A stretch of DNA of 64,000 nt, taken from contig OZ220480.1 in the NCBI GenBank assembly GCA_965116025.1, positions 1,280,001 through 1,344,000 on the forward strand, in the 5' to 3' direction. Both the position numbers and the translations under genes were made by a program. Positions 50,772-64,000 of this stretch are shown here, in pieces. The notes below the pieces were generated by a model. It did not search any database. It saw nothing but the letters and a program-made list of their open reading frames with translations, and was not told the origin of the DNA. The stretch comes from an uncultured candidatus Porisulfidus sp. Its GTDB lineage: Bacteria > Pseudomonadota > Gammaproteobacteria > Poriferisulfidales > Poriferisulfidaceae. How positions within the stretch are numbered: the stretch's first letter is position 1; the number at the start of each line of letters is the position of its first letter.

Positions 50772-51409
50772 CGCGTCGCCGCGGGAAGGCGCTTTTCCAC
50801 GAGCGCGCGGTAACGCGCGCCCGAGGGTAGAAGCTCGGATGCGAGCAGGGCGAAACGGCTCGCCGTCCACCGAATGTCGAGAGCCGGGTTTTCTGGAAGC
50901 TTCTCCTGAAGGCTGGCTTTGCGAACGAGGGTGACGTGCGGGCGGTAGACCGCTTCCTTGACGCGCAGGCCGATCTCTTGGACTTGTCGGCGCAACGACC
51001 GGTGAAGGGCGTCAAGGGCGGGCGGCGTCTCGGCGGGGCCGATCCAGAGGACGCGGGTCTCATCTTGCCGGAATCCCCCCAGCGTATCAAGCGGGATCTC
51101 GCAACGGATTCCCTCGGCTTCAGCCGCGACGTCGCGGACCGCCTCGATTCGCTCCGCCGCGATCTCGCCCAAGAAAAGCAGAGTCAGATGCAGGCTCTCC
51201 GCCGGCACGGGTCGTCCGCCCGCCGGTTCCAGGATCTTCCGCAGTCGGAGCAATCGCTCGCGCGTCGCGTCGTCGGGCAACAGCGCGAAAAACAGCCGCG
51301 CGGGCGATCCGGCGTCAATGCGCCTTATGGAATTTTCCGTAGGAGGCTTCGGCGCTCGCGGCTCGTTGCGGCCAGAAAGTTTTCTCCGGCTCGGTGGCGC
51401 GCAACTCAT
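50768..51409 (-). CDS. thpR: RNA 2',3'-cyclic phosphodiesterase (2H phosphoesterase)
   Basis: RLFFAL, HLTLLFLG, PHVTL; true start uncertain (conserved part begins near 51300). Confidence 0.85.
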   Translation of the reverse strand: MSCAPPSRRKLSGRNEPRAPKPPTENSIRRIDAGSPARLFFALLPDDATRERLLRLRKILEPAGGRPVPAESLHLTLLFLGEIAAERIEAVRDVAAEAEGIRCEIPLDTLGGFRQDETRVLWIGPAETPPALDALHRSLRRQVQEIGLRVKEAVYRPHVTLVRKASLQEKLPENPALDIRWTASRFALLASELLPSGARYRALVEKRLPAATR

Positions 51410-51539
51410 CGCACTTCGCGACTGCCTCGCCGTAGCTCATCGCGCCGTCCAGCGTCCCGGTCTCGAATCGGTATTTGTACTTCCAGGCGATAATGTAGCC
51501 TTCCTCATCGGCGGGCTTGATCAGGGTTTCTTCGCTCAT
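51315..51539 (-). CDS. small hypothetical protein
   Basis: 74 aa, protein-like composition, occupies the gap between thpR and pdxH. Confidence 0.55.
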   Translation of the reverse strand: MSEETLIKPADEEGYIIAWKYKYRFETGTLDGAMSYGEAVAKCDELRATEPEKTFWPQRAASAEASYGKFHKAH

Positions 51540-51593
51540 TGGTCAAGGGTTTCGTTCCAGACTGGTTAATAATATAACGGATAAGGCGCACTG

Positions 51594-52199
51594 ATGGATA
51601 GACTCACGAGCGTTTCCGCCGGAGCGGACCCTCTCGACTTGTTTCGTCGATGGCTCGAGGACGCGCGGCAGGGCGGTCTCGCGTTGCCGAACGCGATGAA
51701 TCTGGCGACGGTGGATGCCGAGGGGCGGCCCCGGGCGCGCATGGTGCTGTTCAAGGGATTGGAGGACGGAGGTTTCGCCTTCTACACCAACTACCGCAGC
51801 GACAAGGCCCGGGAGCTGACGGAACGGCCGGAGGCCGCGCTCACTTTCTGGTGGGAGCCCCCTGGGCGGCAGGTTCGGGTGGAAGGCGCGGTCCGTCGCC
51901 TCGACGCGGAGACCAGCGATGCCTATTTCCAGTCTCGGCCCCGTGGTAGCCAGATTGGAGCGCACGCCTCCCGGCAAAGCGAGAAAGTGGCGGATCGCCA
52001 CCAATTGGAACGCGCTTACCGAGAGATCGAGCGCCGGTTCGAGGGTCAGAATATCCCGCGACCAGAGTTCTGGGGTGGTTACGCGTTGATCCCGAGCCTG
52101 TTGGAGTTCTGGCAAAACGCCCCCGGACGGATGCATGACCGCATCAGGTATCGGCGAGTCTCCGGGGAGGGCTGGACGCAGGACCGCTTGTCCCCCTGA
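51594..52199 (+). CDS. pdxH: pyridoxamine 5'-phosphate oxidase
   Basis: PNAMNLAT, RMVLFK, FYTNYRSDK, SRPRGSQIGA, EFWQ..RMHDR, RLSP. Confidence 0.96.
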   Translation: MDRLTSVSAGADPLDLFRRWLEDARQGGLALPNAMNLATVDAEGRPRARMVLFKGLEDGGFAFYTNYRSDKARELTERPEAALTFWWEPPGRQVRVEGAVRRLDAETSDAYFQSRPRGSQIGAHASRQSEKVADRHQLERAYREIERRFEGQNIPRPEFWGGYALIPSLLEFWQNAPGRMHDRIRYRRVSGEGWTQDRLSP

Positions 52200-52216
52200 A
52201 GGTCGTTGCGTTTCGC

Positions 52217-52960
52217 ATGGGCGCCGCCGATCTCTACGAGCAGCTGGGGCACTGGTACGCGAGCCGGGCTGGACAGGAGTCCCTCACCCTGATCCACGAG
52301 CATCTTAGCCACCTTCAGGAGAACTTGTACGGCCAGCGCGCGCTGTACTGCGGCCCGGGCGCTCTGTTTGACGAGGCCTCAATGTCGAGGGGTGAATTCG
52401 ATCATCGTTTTTTCATGCATCCCGGGCGTTCGAGCAGCCAATTTCGCGGACGGCCAGAAGCTCTGCCGCTCGTCTCGAACTGCTTGGACTTGCTCGCCCT
52501 GGCCCATCCCCTGGAATTGAGTGACCAGCCGCATGGAATTTTGCGCGAGGCGGACCGGACGCTGGTTGGAAACGGTTACTTGCTGTTGGTCGGGTTTAAT
52601 CCGTGGAGTTGGTACGGGCTGTGCCGGCTGCTCGCGGTCGGGCGCTTTCCGTGGGATCGGCATTTCTATGGTTCCGGGCGAGTCAAGGATTTGCTTTCGG
52701 TGTTGAATTTCCAGATCCGAGACTGCCGCTACGCCGCTTTCCGCCCGCCGATCCAAAGCCGATTCCTGCAGCGGCGTTCCAGGGCCTTGGAGATCCAGGC
52801 GCGCTGGCGGCTGGATCATTTGGGTGGCGTATACTGCATGCTCGCGCGTAAGTCGCGCGTTCCGGTCACCCCGACTCGAGAGCGATGGTATCGTTCGGCG
52901 GTTCTCATTCCCGAGAGGTTGGCCGAGGTGGAGCCGACTTCCAGAGGAATTAACGCATGA
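52217..52960 (+). CDS. SAM-dependent methyltransferase (YafS-like)
   Basis: LP..DLLALAHPLE..PHGILREADRTL..GFNPWS; immediately upstream of rnhA. Confidence 0.8.
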   Translation: MGAADLYEQLGHWYASRAGQESLTLIHEHLSHLQENLYGQRALYCGPGALFDEASMSRGEFDHRFFMHPGRSSSQFRGRPEALPLVSNCLDLLALAHPLELSDQPHGILREADRTLVGNGYLLLVGFNPWSWYGLCRLLAVGRFPWDRHFYGSGRVKDLLSVLNFQIRDCRYAAFRPPIQSRFLQRRSRALEIQARWRLDHLGGVYCMLARKSRVPVTPTRERWYRSAVLIPERLAEVEPTSRGINA

Positions 52961-53397
52961 AAAAGATTCGAGCCTATACTGATGGGGCCTGTCACGGAAA
53001 TCCTGGTCCAGGCGGTTGGGGCGTCGTGCTGGAATCGGACGGACATACGCGCGAGTTGCTGGGCGCGCAGGAACGAACGACCAACAACCGAATGGAGCTG
53101 CAGGCGGCGATCGAGGCCTTGGTCGGCCTGGAGGAGGCTTGCGAGATCGAGATCGTGACGGATTCGACGTATCTGAAAAACGGAATGCAATCATGGCTGG
53201 CTGGCTGGAAGCGCAAGGGGTGGAAGACTTCCGATGGCAAGCCGGTCAAGAACCAGGATCTTTGGCAGAAGCTGGACGCGCTGGCTGAGACGCGAAAGGT
53301 GCGCTGGAGTTGGGTGCGGGGGCATAGCGGGGTGGAAGGCAACGAGCGGGCTGACGCCCTGGCCAATGAGGCCATCGCCCGGATGGCGGAGTCATGA
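52957..53397 (+). CDS. rnhA: ribonuclease HI
   Basis: YTDGACHGNPGPGG, TTNNRMEL, TDSTY, WVRGH, NERAD. Confidence 0.97.
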   Translation: MKKIRAYTDGACHGNPGPGGWGVVLESDGHTRELLGAQERTTNNRMELQAAIEALVGLEEACEIEIVTDSTYLKNGMQSWLAGWKRKGWKTSDGKPVKNQDLWQKLDALAETRKVRWSWVRGHSGVEGNERADALANEAIARMAES

Positions 53398-54128
53398 GCG
53401 GTCCGGCGTCCCGCCAGATCGCGCTGGACCTTGAGACCACGGGCCTGACGGCGGGCAATCGGGTCATCGAGATCGGTTGCGTGGAAATCGTCGGGCGAGA
53501 TCTGACCGGGCGGCAATACCAGTCGTACATCAACCCGGAGCACGAGATCGAGGAAGGCGCGCGGCGCGTGCACGGGATCTCTTCCGAGCAATTGGTCGAC
53601 AAGCCGAAGTTTCCAGAAATTCTGGACGATGTGCTGGAGTTCGTGAGGGACGCGGAGGTGTTGATCCATAACGCCGAGTTCGATTTGAGCTTTCTGAACC
53701 ACGAGATGAAATTGGCAGGGCGTTCGGACGCGTTCGAGCGTTGTTGCCGGAAGGTCACGGACACGCTGGCGCTGGCGCGCGAGGTATCGACGGGCGGCAG
53801 CAGTCTGGATCAGCTATGCGACTTCTACCAAGTGGATCGCAAGCACAGGGAAAAGCATGGAGCCTTGCTGGACGCCAGGCTTCTGGCGCACGTCTATCTC
53901 AGGATGACGGGAGGGCAGATGGGGCTTTCGCTGGGGGTGCGGACGCGCCGCAGGCGCGCCAAGGTCGAGGCGACGGATATCCCCGTTTTGCGAGCCAGCG
54001 GCGAGGAGCGCCAAATGCACGAAGAATTCTTGGACGTGATCCAGGAGCGCTGCGAGGTCGAGGATGGGTGCGTTTGGAAGAGATCGGGCGGAGGCGAGGA
54101 CACCGAGAGGTTGGCGCCCGCCGTCTAA
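53394..54128 (+). CDS. dnaQ: DNA polymerase III epsilon subunit
   Basis: LDLETTG, IHNAEFD, DTL, HGALLDA, MTGGQ. Confidence 0.95.
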   Translation: MSGPASRQIALDLETTGLTAGNRVIEIGCVEIVGRDLTGRQYQSYINPEHEIEEGARRVHGISSEQLVDKPKFPEILDDVLEFVRDAEVLIHNAEFDLSFLNHEMKLAGRSDAFERCCRKVTDTLALAREVSTGGSSLDQLCDFYQVDRKHREKHGALLDARLLAHVYLRMTGGQMGLSLGVRTRRRRAKVEATDIPVLRASGEERQMHEEFLDVIQERCEVEDGCVWKRSGGGEDTERLAPAV

Positions 54129-54205
54129 ATCTGCTAATCTAGGCGCGAACGAAAAGCCTCCGAAGCCATTTCGCGGGGGCGAGAAACCAATTGGAGGACG
54201 TTTTT

Positions 54206-54487
54206 GTGGACAAACTGATTACCGGAATCATCATCGTGGTCGTGGTGGGCTTTTTCTACTGGCTGTACACGACGGGAGGCGATACGGGGATGTCGATGGA
54301 ACCCGATAGCATGGAAGAGGCCGCGGTCGAGACGCCGGCCGCCTCTATGGGTCCGTGGGTCGCGGTCGTCGGCATGGGCGAGGCCGCTCATGTCGCGGGC
54401 CACTACGGCAGCTATTCGGAATGCTACCAGGATGTGGGGAGCAAGGTTGACATCAACGTGACTCCATACTCCTGCACCAATCAGTAA
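54206..54487 (+). CDS. small membrane-anchored protein
   Basis: GGAGG RBS then GTG; N-terminal TM helix, acidic tail with 2 Cys. Confidence 0.6.
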   Translation: MDKLITGIIIVVVVGFFYWLYTTGGDTGMSMEPDSMEEAAVETPAASMGPWVAVVGMGEAAHVAGHYGSYSECYQDVGSKVDINVTPYSCTNQ

Positions 54488-54518
54488 TCGGCGAAAACCG
54501 GACAGGAAGCCGTGGTCC

Positions 54519-54540
54519 GCGCCGGGAATCCGGCGCTTTA
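54519..54540 (+). terminator. hairpin between convergent genes
   Basis: GCGCCGG-GAAT-CCGGCGC followed by TTTA. Confidence 0.4.
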
Positions 54541-55035
54541 TGGCTTTCCGCCGTCCCGGCCGGAGCGGCGTAACAGGCGTTGGCGGTCGCGCTCCCAGTC
54601 CCGTTCCTTCAGGCTCTGCCGCCGGTCGCGTTGACTCTTTCCTCGCGCCAGTGCCATCTGCAGTTTCGCGCGGCCCCGCTTCCAGCGCAACGACAACGGA
54701 ACCAAGGTGTAGCCCTTCCGTTCCACCGCTCCCTGCAGACGCGCGATTTCCTTTTCGCGCAACAGCAGCTTCCGCACTCGGGTTGGGTCCGTGGGCAAGT
54801 GGGCGGCGTTGGGCAGGGGGGTGATGTGGCAGCCCAGCAGCCAGCATTCCCCCTCGCGGATGGAGATGTAGCCCTCGTTGATTTGGGCCCGGCCCGCGCG
54901 CAAGCTTTTGACTTCCCATCCCGCCAGGACCAAGCCAGCCTCGAAAGTTTCCTCGATGGCGTAGTCGTGCTTGGCCCGGCGGTTGCTGGCGATTACGGGA
55001 TTGGCCAGGGCTCGGGCCTGTGCTTGTCGGCTCAT
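54538..55035 (-). CDS. smpB: SsrA-binding protein
   Basis: [33 protein letters not shown]. Confidence 0.96.
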   Translation of the reverse strand: MSRQAQARALANPVIASNRRAKHDYAIEETFEAGLVLAGWEVKSLRAGRAQINEGYISIREGECWLLGCHITPLPNAAHLPTDPTRVRKLLLREKEIARLQGAVERKGYTLVPLSLRWKRGRAKLQMALARGKSQRDRRQSLKERDWERDRQRLLRRSGRDGGKP

Positions 55036-55162
55036 CGTATGCGAGTGAGAGGAAGTCGTTCGCGCGCGGCATCGGAAGGCTGGCGCCAAGTCCTCAATTA
55101 TAGGCTCCAGTTCCCCGTCACCTTTCTCGTGGGACCGCTCGAGAACTAAGGGAAGGTGTCTC

Positions 55163-56455
55163 ATGAGCCTGTTTTCCTTACCGGAGCTGGTGGCCATTCT
55201 GGCGTTGCTTTTTCTCTTGTCAGCGTTTTTTTCCGGTTCGGAAACCGCGTTGATGGCGGTCAATCGCTACCGGCTTCGCCATCTGGCGCGACAAGGCAAG
55301 TACAGTGCCCGGTGCGCCCAAGCGTTGCTGGAAAAGCCGGATCGGCTGATCGGCCTGATTCTGCTTGGCAACAACTTGGTCAATATCCTGATCACGCAGC
55401 TGGCCACCTATCTGGGGTACGTTTATTTTCAAGAAGTTGGCGTAGCCGTGGCCACGGGCCTACTAACCGTGGCCATTCTGGTGTTCGCGGAGCTGGCGCC
55501 GAAGACCTTGGCGGCGTTGCATGCCGAGCGGGTCGCTTATCCGGCGGCGGTCGTGTACCGGCCGCTACTGGTCGCCGCCTACCCGCTAGTGTGGCTGATC
55601 AACCAGTTCGCCAATGGGTTGCTTCGGGCGCTGGGGATGCCGCGAGAGGAGGCGCGCGACGCGCTGACCCAGGAAGAATTCCGTAGCGTCGTGCATGAAT
55701 CCAGCGGCTTGATTTCCCGAGAGCGCCGGAAGATGCTGTTGGGAATCCTTGATCTGGAAAAGATTATGGTCGAGGACGTCATGGTGCCGCGTGGAGAGAT
55801 CGTCGGGATCGACTTGGACAACTGGAGCGAGGCGCTGGACCAGTTGCGCAACCCGACCTATACCCGGGTGCTGGTGTACGAGGGGGGGCTCGACAATGTT
55901 CGCGGGGTGTTGCACTGGCGCAAGCTACTGCCGCACATCCTGAACGAGGATCTGTTGCCAGAACATATCCGGGAGACCATGCGGGAACCGTATTTCATTC
56001 CCAAGGGAACCAGTCTTCACCAGCAGTTGTGCAACTTCCAGAAGCGGCGGCATCGTGTCGGGTTGGTGATCGACGAGTACGGAGACATCCAGGGGTTAGT
56101 GACCCTGGAGCATATTTTGGAGGAGATCGTGGGGGCCTTCACCGTGGATTCCGCGACGCAGGACCCGGGGACATACCAGAACATGCCCGATGGTAGCGTG
56201 ATCGTGGACGCGAGCGTTCATGTTCGCGAGCTCAATGAGATGTTGGACGATGGTCATTTCCACGTGGACGGTCCAAGGACGCTGAATGGCCTGATACTGG
56301 AGCATTTGGAGGATATCCCGGCCCCGGGGACCAGCATGCTGATCGACGACTATCCGGTGGAGGTGGTGAAGACCGACGAGACCTCGGTCCGCACGGTCCG
56401 GATCTATGCTCGCCGCCAAGACGCCGCGGAGGATACGGATGGCGAAGACGCCTGA
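55163..56455 (+). CDS. HlyC/CorC (CNNM) family transporter, YfjD-like
   Basis: [26 protein letters not shown] pair ([15 protein letters not shown]), CorC domain. Confidence 0.9.
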   Translation: MSLFSLPELVAILALLFLLSAFFSGSETALMAVNRYRLRHLARQGKYSARCAQALLEKPDRLIGLILLGNNLVNILITQLATYLGYVYFQEVGVAVATGLLTVAILVFAELAPKTLAALHAERVAYPAAVVYRPLLVAAYPLVWLINQFANGLLRALGMPREEARDALTQEEFRSVVHESSGLISRERRKMLLGILDLEKIMVEDVMVPRGEIVGIDLDNWSEALDQLRNPTYTRVLVYEGGLDNVRGVLHWRKLLPHILNEDLLPEHIRETMREPYFIPKGTSLHQQLCNFQKRRHRVGLVIDEYGDIQGLVTLEHILEEIVGAFTVDSATQDPGTYQNMPDGSVIVDASVHVRELNEMLDDGHFHVDGPRTLNGLILEHLEDIPAPGTSMLIDDYPVEVVKTDETSVRTVRIYARRQDAAEDTDGEDA

Positions 56456-57293
56456 GCTGGAGCTCAGCGATCAGGGCCTGAGCCCGACGCACGAGGCTAC
56501 CGCGCGGGACCAGTATGGCGACTCGCGGGTGGTCCGCATCGCCGGGGAGCGTCCGTTGACGCTGATGGTGGATGGCCGGGAAGTGGTGACGTTGATGACG
56601 CTCGGCATGTGCCCAGAGGAGCTGGCGCTGGGTTATCTGCGGAATCAGCGCTTGGTGGAGCGGTTGGAGGATGTCGCGGCCGTGCGGGTGGAGTGGGAGC
56701 GCGAGGTGGTTTTCGTGGATATGCGCGAGGGCCGCGGAATCAAGGACTGGGAAGAGAAGCTGTCCCGGCGCACGGTGACGACTGGTTGCGGCCAAGGCAC
56801 CGTTTTCAGTTGCACCTTGGACAAATTGTACGATCAGCGTCTGCCCAAGGTCACGGTCCGTCAATCCTTGATCTATCGCCTCTTGGAGAATATAGCGAGA
56901 TGGAATCAGATATACAAGCAGTCTGGAGCCGTGCACGGTTGCGCGCTGTGCGCGGGTGACGAGATCTTGATGTTCGTGGAGGATGTCGGTCGGCACAACG
57001 CGGCGGACGCTATAGCCGGACGTATGTGGTTGCGTGGCGTGGATGGGGCCGACAAAATTTTCTATACGACCGGGCGATTGACCTCCGAGATCGTGATGAA
57101 GACCGCGGGCATGGGGGTTCCTGTGTTGCTGTCGCGTTCTGGAGTCACGCGAATGGGCGTGGAACTGGCCGAGGATCTGGGAGTCGTGATGATCGCGCGG
57201 GCCAAGGGCCGCGCCTTTTTAGTCTACAACTTGGCGGACCGCGTGGAGTACGATGCCCCGCCAAAACGCCCACCCAGCCCAAAAGGCGGATGA
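56439..57293 (+). CDS. fdhD: formate dehydrogenase accessory sulfurtransferase
   Basis: ERPLTL, TTGCGQG, GAVHGCAL, EDVGRHNA, TTGRLTSEIV. Confidence 0.92.
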   Translation: MAKTPELELSDQGLSPTHEATARDQYGDSRVVRIAGERPLTLMVDGREVVTLMTLGMCPEELALGYLRNQRLVERLEDVAAVRVEWEREVVFVDMREGRGIKDWEEKLSRRTVTTGCGQGTVFSCTLDKLYDQRLPKVTVRQSLIYRLLENIARWNQIYKQSGAVHGCALCAGDEILMFVEDVGRHNAADAIAGRMWLRGVDGADKIFYTTGRLTSEIVMKTAGMGVPVLLSRSGVTRMGVELAEDLGVVMIARAKGRAFLVYNLADRVEYDAPPKRPPSPKGG

Positions 57294-57320
57294 TCGCCAG
57301 CCCGGGTTCTGGGTCTTAAA

Positions 57321-57358
57321 AGAAAAGGGGCGTTTCTCTCGAAACGCCCCTTCGTTTT
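57321..57358. terminator. bidirectional intrinsic terminator between fdhD and katG
   Basis: AAGGGGCGTTTC-TCTC-GAAACGCCCCTT flanked by A and T runs. Confidence 0.85.
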
Positions 57359-57368
57359 CCAGTTGAGA

Positions 57369-61468
<4,100 letters not shown>

Positions 61469-61531
61469 TGACTAGTTGGAGATGCTTCGCTAATAATTGT
61501 AATTGGCAACCGCGGCGGGCATCAATGAAGT

Positions 61532-62749
61532 TTAGTCGATCTTGATGACGAATCGTGTCGAATCTGACTTGTCCCGGTAGAGTGACATGGTTCGACCAAC
61601 GAGGTCGCTACGAGAAACAAACTCCTTCGCTTGCCCCCAGCTCAGTCGCGTCATCGCGTTGTGTTGCAGGTATGCCTTGCTTTTCGTGCTGATGGTATGC
61701 CCAACGCGCATGTTGAACGCACCTTGATCGACACCCTTTACGATAAGCCGAAATCTTGCCCGCGTTTCTTCAACCGTTGATCGATTGCTTGGCTTCCAGC
61801 TCAACGTGTCAAAGACTTTTTCCCGGAAGTAGTGACGATGATCGATAGACTTGTCCAGCAGGCCTTTATCGAGATTGATAGAACCCGTTGCATGAGTATT
61901 CTCACCCGATGGAATTCCTAAGTCACGTTCAGTCAATGCCTTGCTTTTCCAGAGCAGCTTCAAGGGAAAGGTGTCGGATGGGTTGGTGCTATCAACCTCA
62001 GGCACCGTGTCAGAAGGTGCCAGCTTTTGTGCTACCTTCGGTTGCTCCACGCGATTCCGCAACGGTGAAACTTTCAGCCTGATCGTCGGTAGATCATTGG
62101 CTTTGCTAGTGCTAACAGTTCCTTGAGAAAACGATGAGGATGCTTCATCAATAAGCCGCCCTTGTGCCTGTAACGCCTCAAGGTCAGCGATGCGCTCTAT
62201 TCGTACGACGTGCCGCGGATAGGTCGATGCCAACCCGTCGAATTCAGCAAAGATGGATTCCACAAAGTGCAAATCTCCATCTTCGGTCAAATCCAAATTG
62301 AGCACTATGCTTGACTCGATGTTGTCGTTCAACCCTCCTACTGTAAGGTTTGCACTTCCTATAATCACACTAGCTTTTTTCATTCGACGGCAAACGTAGA
62401 CTTTTGGGTGAAACAGCTGATCCGTCGTTCCCGTATCCACGTAGTACACGTTAGCCCCGGTCTCCATCAGTGCGGTTAGCCCTTCGCGAGTACTGATGCC
62501 ATTACGGATTCCCACGAAAGCGTCGAATTGGCTCCCTACTGATGCCAACTCGGATGCGATTAGATCGATGCCACCCTTGGTCACGAATGCGACGCTAATC
62601 AGCACCCGCTTTAGGTCATTATGTGCAAGCAGCCGCTTCAACTCTTCCACGTGGGTGTGCGCAGTGAGTCCTTGCAGAAGAAATGCTTTGCGAGGCATTT
62701 TGTTGTAGATCTTCTCCGCTATGAAGAAATAGTTTTGTCGATCATACAT
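61532..62749 (-). CDS. PLD-family restriction endonuclease-like protein
   Basis: SVAF, FHPKVY, IGSANLTVGGL..NIE (single HxK PLD domain) plus C-terminal domain; convergent with the MTase. Confidence 0.75.
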   Translation of the reverse strand: MYDRQNYFFIAEKIYNKMPRKAFLLQGLTAHTHVEELKRLLAHNDLKRVLISVAFVTKGGIDLIASELASVGSQFDAFVGIRNGISTREGLTALMETGANVYYVDTGTTDQLFHPKVYVCRRMKKASVIIGSANLTVGGLNDNIESSIVLNLDLTEDGDLHFVESIFAEFDGLASTYPRHVVRIERIADLEALQAQGRLIDEASSSFSQGTVSTSKANDLPTIRLKVSPLRNRVEQPKVAQKLAPSDTVPEVDSTNPSDTFPLKLLWKSKALTERDLGIPSGENTHATGSINLDKGLLDKSIDHRHYFREKVFDTLSWKPSNRSTVEETRARFRLIVKGVDQGAFNMRVGHTISTKSKAYLQHNAMTRLSWGQAKEFVSRSDLVGRTMSLYRDKSDSTRFVIKID

Positions 62750-62909
62750 CCCGTATGGCGGAAAGGCATTTCGTCAAGCACTGAGTCTGTGGCCTGGAAG
62801 CATATAATCATACGAGAGCGTGGTGTGCCCAAATTCCCGGAACATGTTCATGTACTTGCCCATTCACGCTGACAGCGTGGAAAAGCGATTCCTCTGATCC
62901 GCGCAGTCA

Positions 62910-64000
62910 ATGTCACGCCAATATCCTAGACAGTCGCCGTCCATTAGCAATCGCCCCATCGCGTGGTATGACTCCCATGCCGTCGAGACCGCGGAGCGCT
63001 ATGAGCGTCTCTCCAGCGACCGGCTGCACGAATGGTTGGTCAAGTTTCTTCCCGAGGGGCGGGCCGCCGCGCTAGATGTGGGGGCCGGCAGTGGCCGGGA
63101 CGCGGCGTGGCTGGCCCGGCGCGGATACGAGGTCGTGGCGGCGGAACCCTCGTTCGCCATGCGGGCCCAAGCCCGGCGGTTGCATGCCGATCTGGGCATT
63201 CAGTGGGAAACGGATCGTTTGCCGGAACTCGCGACCTTGTCGCGTTCCCGCCTGACCTTCGACCTCATCCTGCTCAGCGCGGTGTGGATGCATGTCCCGC
63301 CCGCGTGCCGCTCGCGCGCGTTTCGCAAGCTGGTCAACCTGCTTCGGCCCGGTGGAGTTCTGGCCATGACCTTGCGCCATGGATCGGCCGAGCCCGGGCG
63401 CGGCATGCATGACGTTTCGCGCGAGGAGATCGAGCGACTCGCCCGCGAGCACGGCGCGTACATTGAACATGCTGGCGAGAGCGAGGACCATGCGGGGCAG
63501 CGGGAGGTGCGCTGGACCCAGTTGATCGTTCGTTTGCCCACGGACAGCGCTGGGGCTTTGCCGCTGTTGCGGCATCTGGTGCTGAACGACTCGCGCAGCG
63601 GCACGCACAAACTGGGGCTGTTGCGCGGCTTGTGCCAAATCGCGGATAACGCCGGAGGGATGGCGCGCGAGGATGGGGATTTCATGGCGGTGCCGCTGGG
63701 CTTGGTCGCCTTGATTTGGCTACGTCTGTACATGCCGCTTCTGAAGCATGAGTTTCCGCAGACTCCAAATAACGTCGGTTGCCTTGGCCTGGGCTTCGCG
63801 AAAGAATCGTTCCAAAATCTCATGCGCGAGGTGTCGAGCCTAGACCTGCGCGTCGGAATGCGCTTCCAAGGCGAGCCAGCGCGTTGGTTGCATGGCGCGG
63901 TCCGGGACGCGGTCGAGAACATCGACCGCATGCCAGCCACATACCTGACCTACCCGAGCGATGGCTCCCGAATTTTTCAAGTCAGGCGGAGGAAAAGTAT
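62910..64000 (+). CDS. class I SAM-dependent methyltransferase fused to a further domain (truncated by window end)
   Basis: Manual translation: IAWYD..ALDVGAGSGRDAAWLA..AEPS..SAVWMH..LRHG..GALPLLRHLVLNDSRSGTHKLGLLR; open to 64000, so absent from the ORF track. Confidence 0.85.
   Translation, partial: MSRQYPRQSPSISNRPIAWYDSHAVETAERYERLSSDRLHEWLVKFLPEGRAAALDVGAGSGRDAAWLARRGYEVVAAEPSFAMRAQARRLHADLGIQWETDRLPELATLSRSRLTFDLILLSAVWMHVPPACRSRAFRKLVNLLRPGGVLAMTLRHGSAEPGRGMHDVSREEIERLAREHGAYIEHAGESEDHAGQREVRWTQLIVRLPTDSAGALPLLRHLVLNDSRSGTHKLGLLRGLCQIADNAGGMAREDGDFMAVPLGLVALIWLRLYMPLLKHEFPQTPNNVGCLGLGFAKESFQNLMREVSSLDLRVGMRFQGEPARWLHGAVRDAVENIDRMPATYLTYPSDGSRIFQVRRRKS

Noticed and set aside
55036-55263. 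N-terminal extension of SmpB in the ORF track (similar extensions for KatG, MurU, GlnS)
   Set aside because: Overlaps neighbouring genes or intergenic DNA; conserved starts lie downstream
63072-63940. Minus-strand ORFs of 188 and 246 aa
   Set aside because: Shadows of the plus-strand methyltransferase that runs off the window

Overview
GC-rich bacterial chromosome segment, most likely a Gammaproteobacterium (inferred from glnS, the yafS-rnhA-dnaQ block and amgK-murU). Sel1 repeats, many defence genes, IS elements and pseudogenes would fit a host-associated lifestyle such as a marine invertebrate symbiont, but this is inference. Housekeeping blocks: leuC (partial), murU-amgK, rpmF-plsX-fabH-uvrC-pgsA, rpsO-pnp, gloB, glnS-xseA, tRNA-fMet, thpR, pdxH-yafS-rnhA-dnaQ, smpB, corC-like, fdhD, katG. 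Three defence-rich accessory regions interrupt them. (1) ~2.9-9.2 kb: m5C R-M pair, decayed RhuM-Fic/Doc gene, complete IS5, HTH-nucleotidyltransferase with a truncated partner. (2) ~27.5-44.4 kb, directly after tRNA-fMet: ABC-ATPase + PIN pair, DUF6361-like/PLD/SF2-helicase triad, a 1.7-kaa exonuclease-RecQ-UvrD fusion, IS30 and GmrSD. (3) ~59.8-64 kb: m6A MTase, PLD-type endonuclease, SAM-MTase fusion. Highlights read directly from the sequence: an autotransporter put out of frame by a 25-G tract in its signal-peptide region; an IS30 inserted between the -35 and -10 of the gmrSD promoter that creates a TTGAAA-17-TATAAT hybrid promoter; an EBP/EXPERA-like + SDR + SRPBCC cluster divergent from a TonB-dependent receptor; and a ferredoxin-GST-reductase-membrane protein-gloB cluster. 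All family assignments come from motif recognition by eye; no database searches were run.
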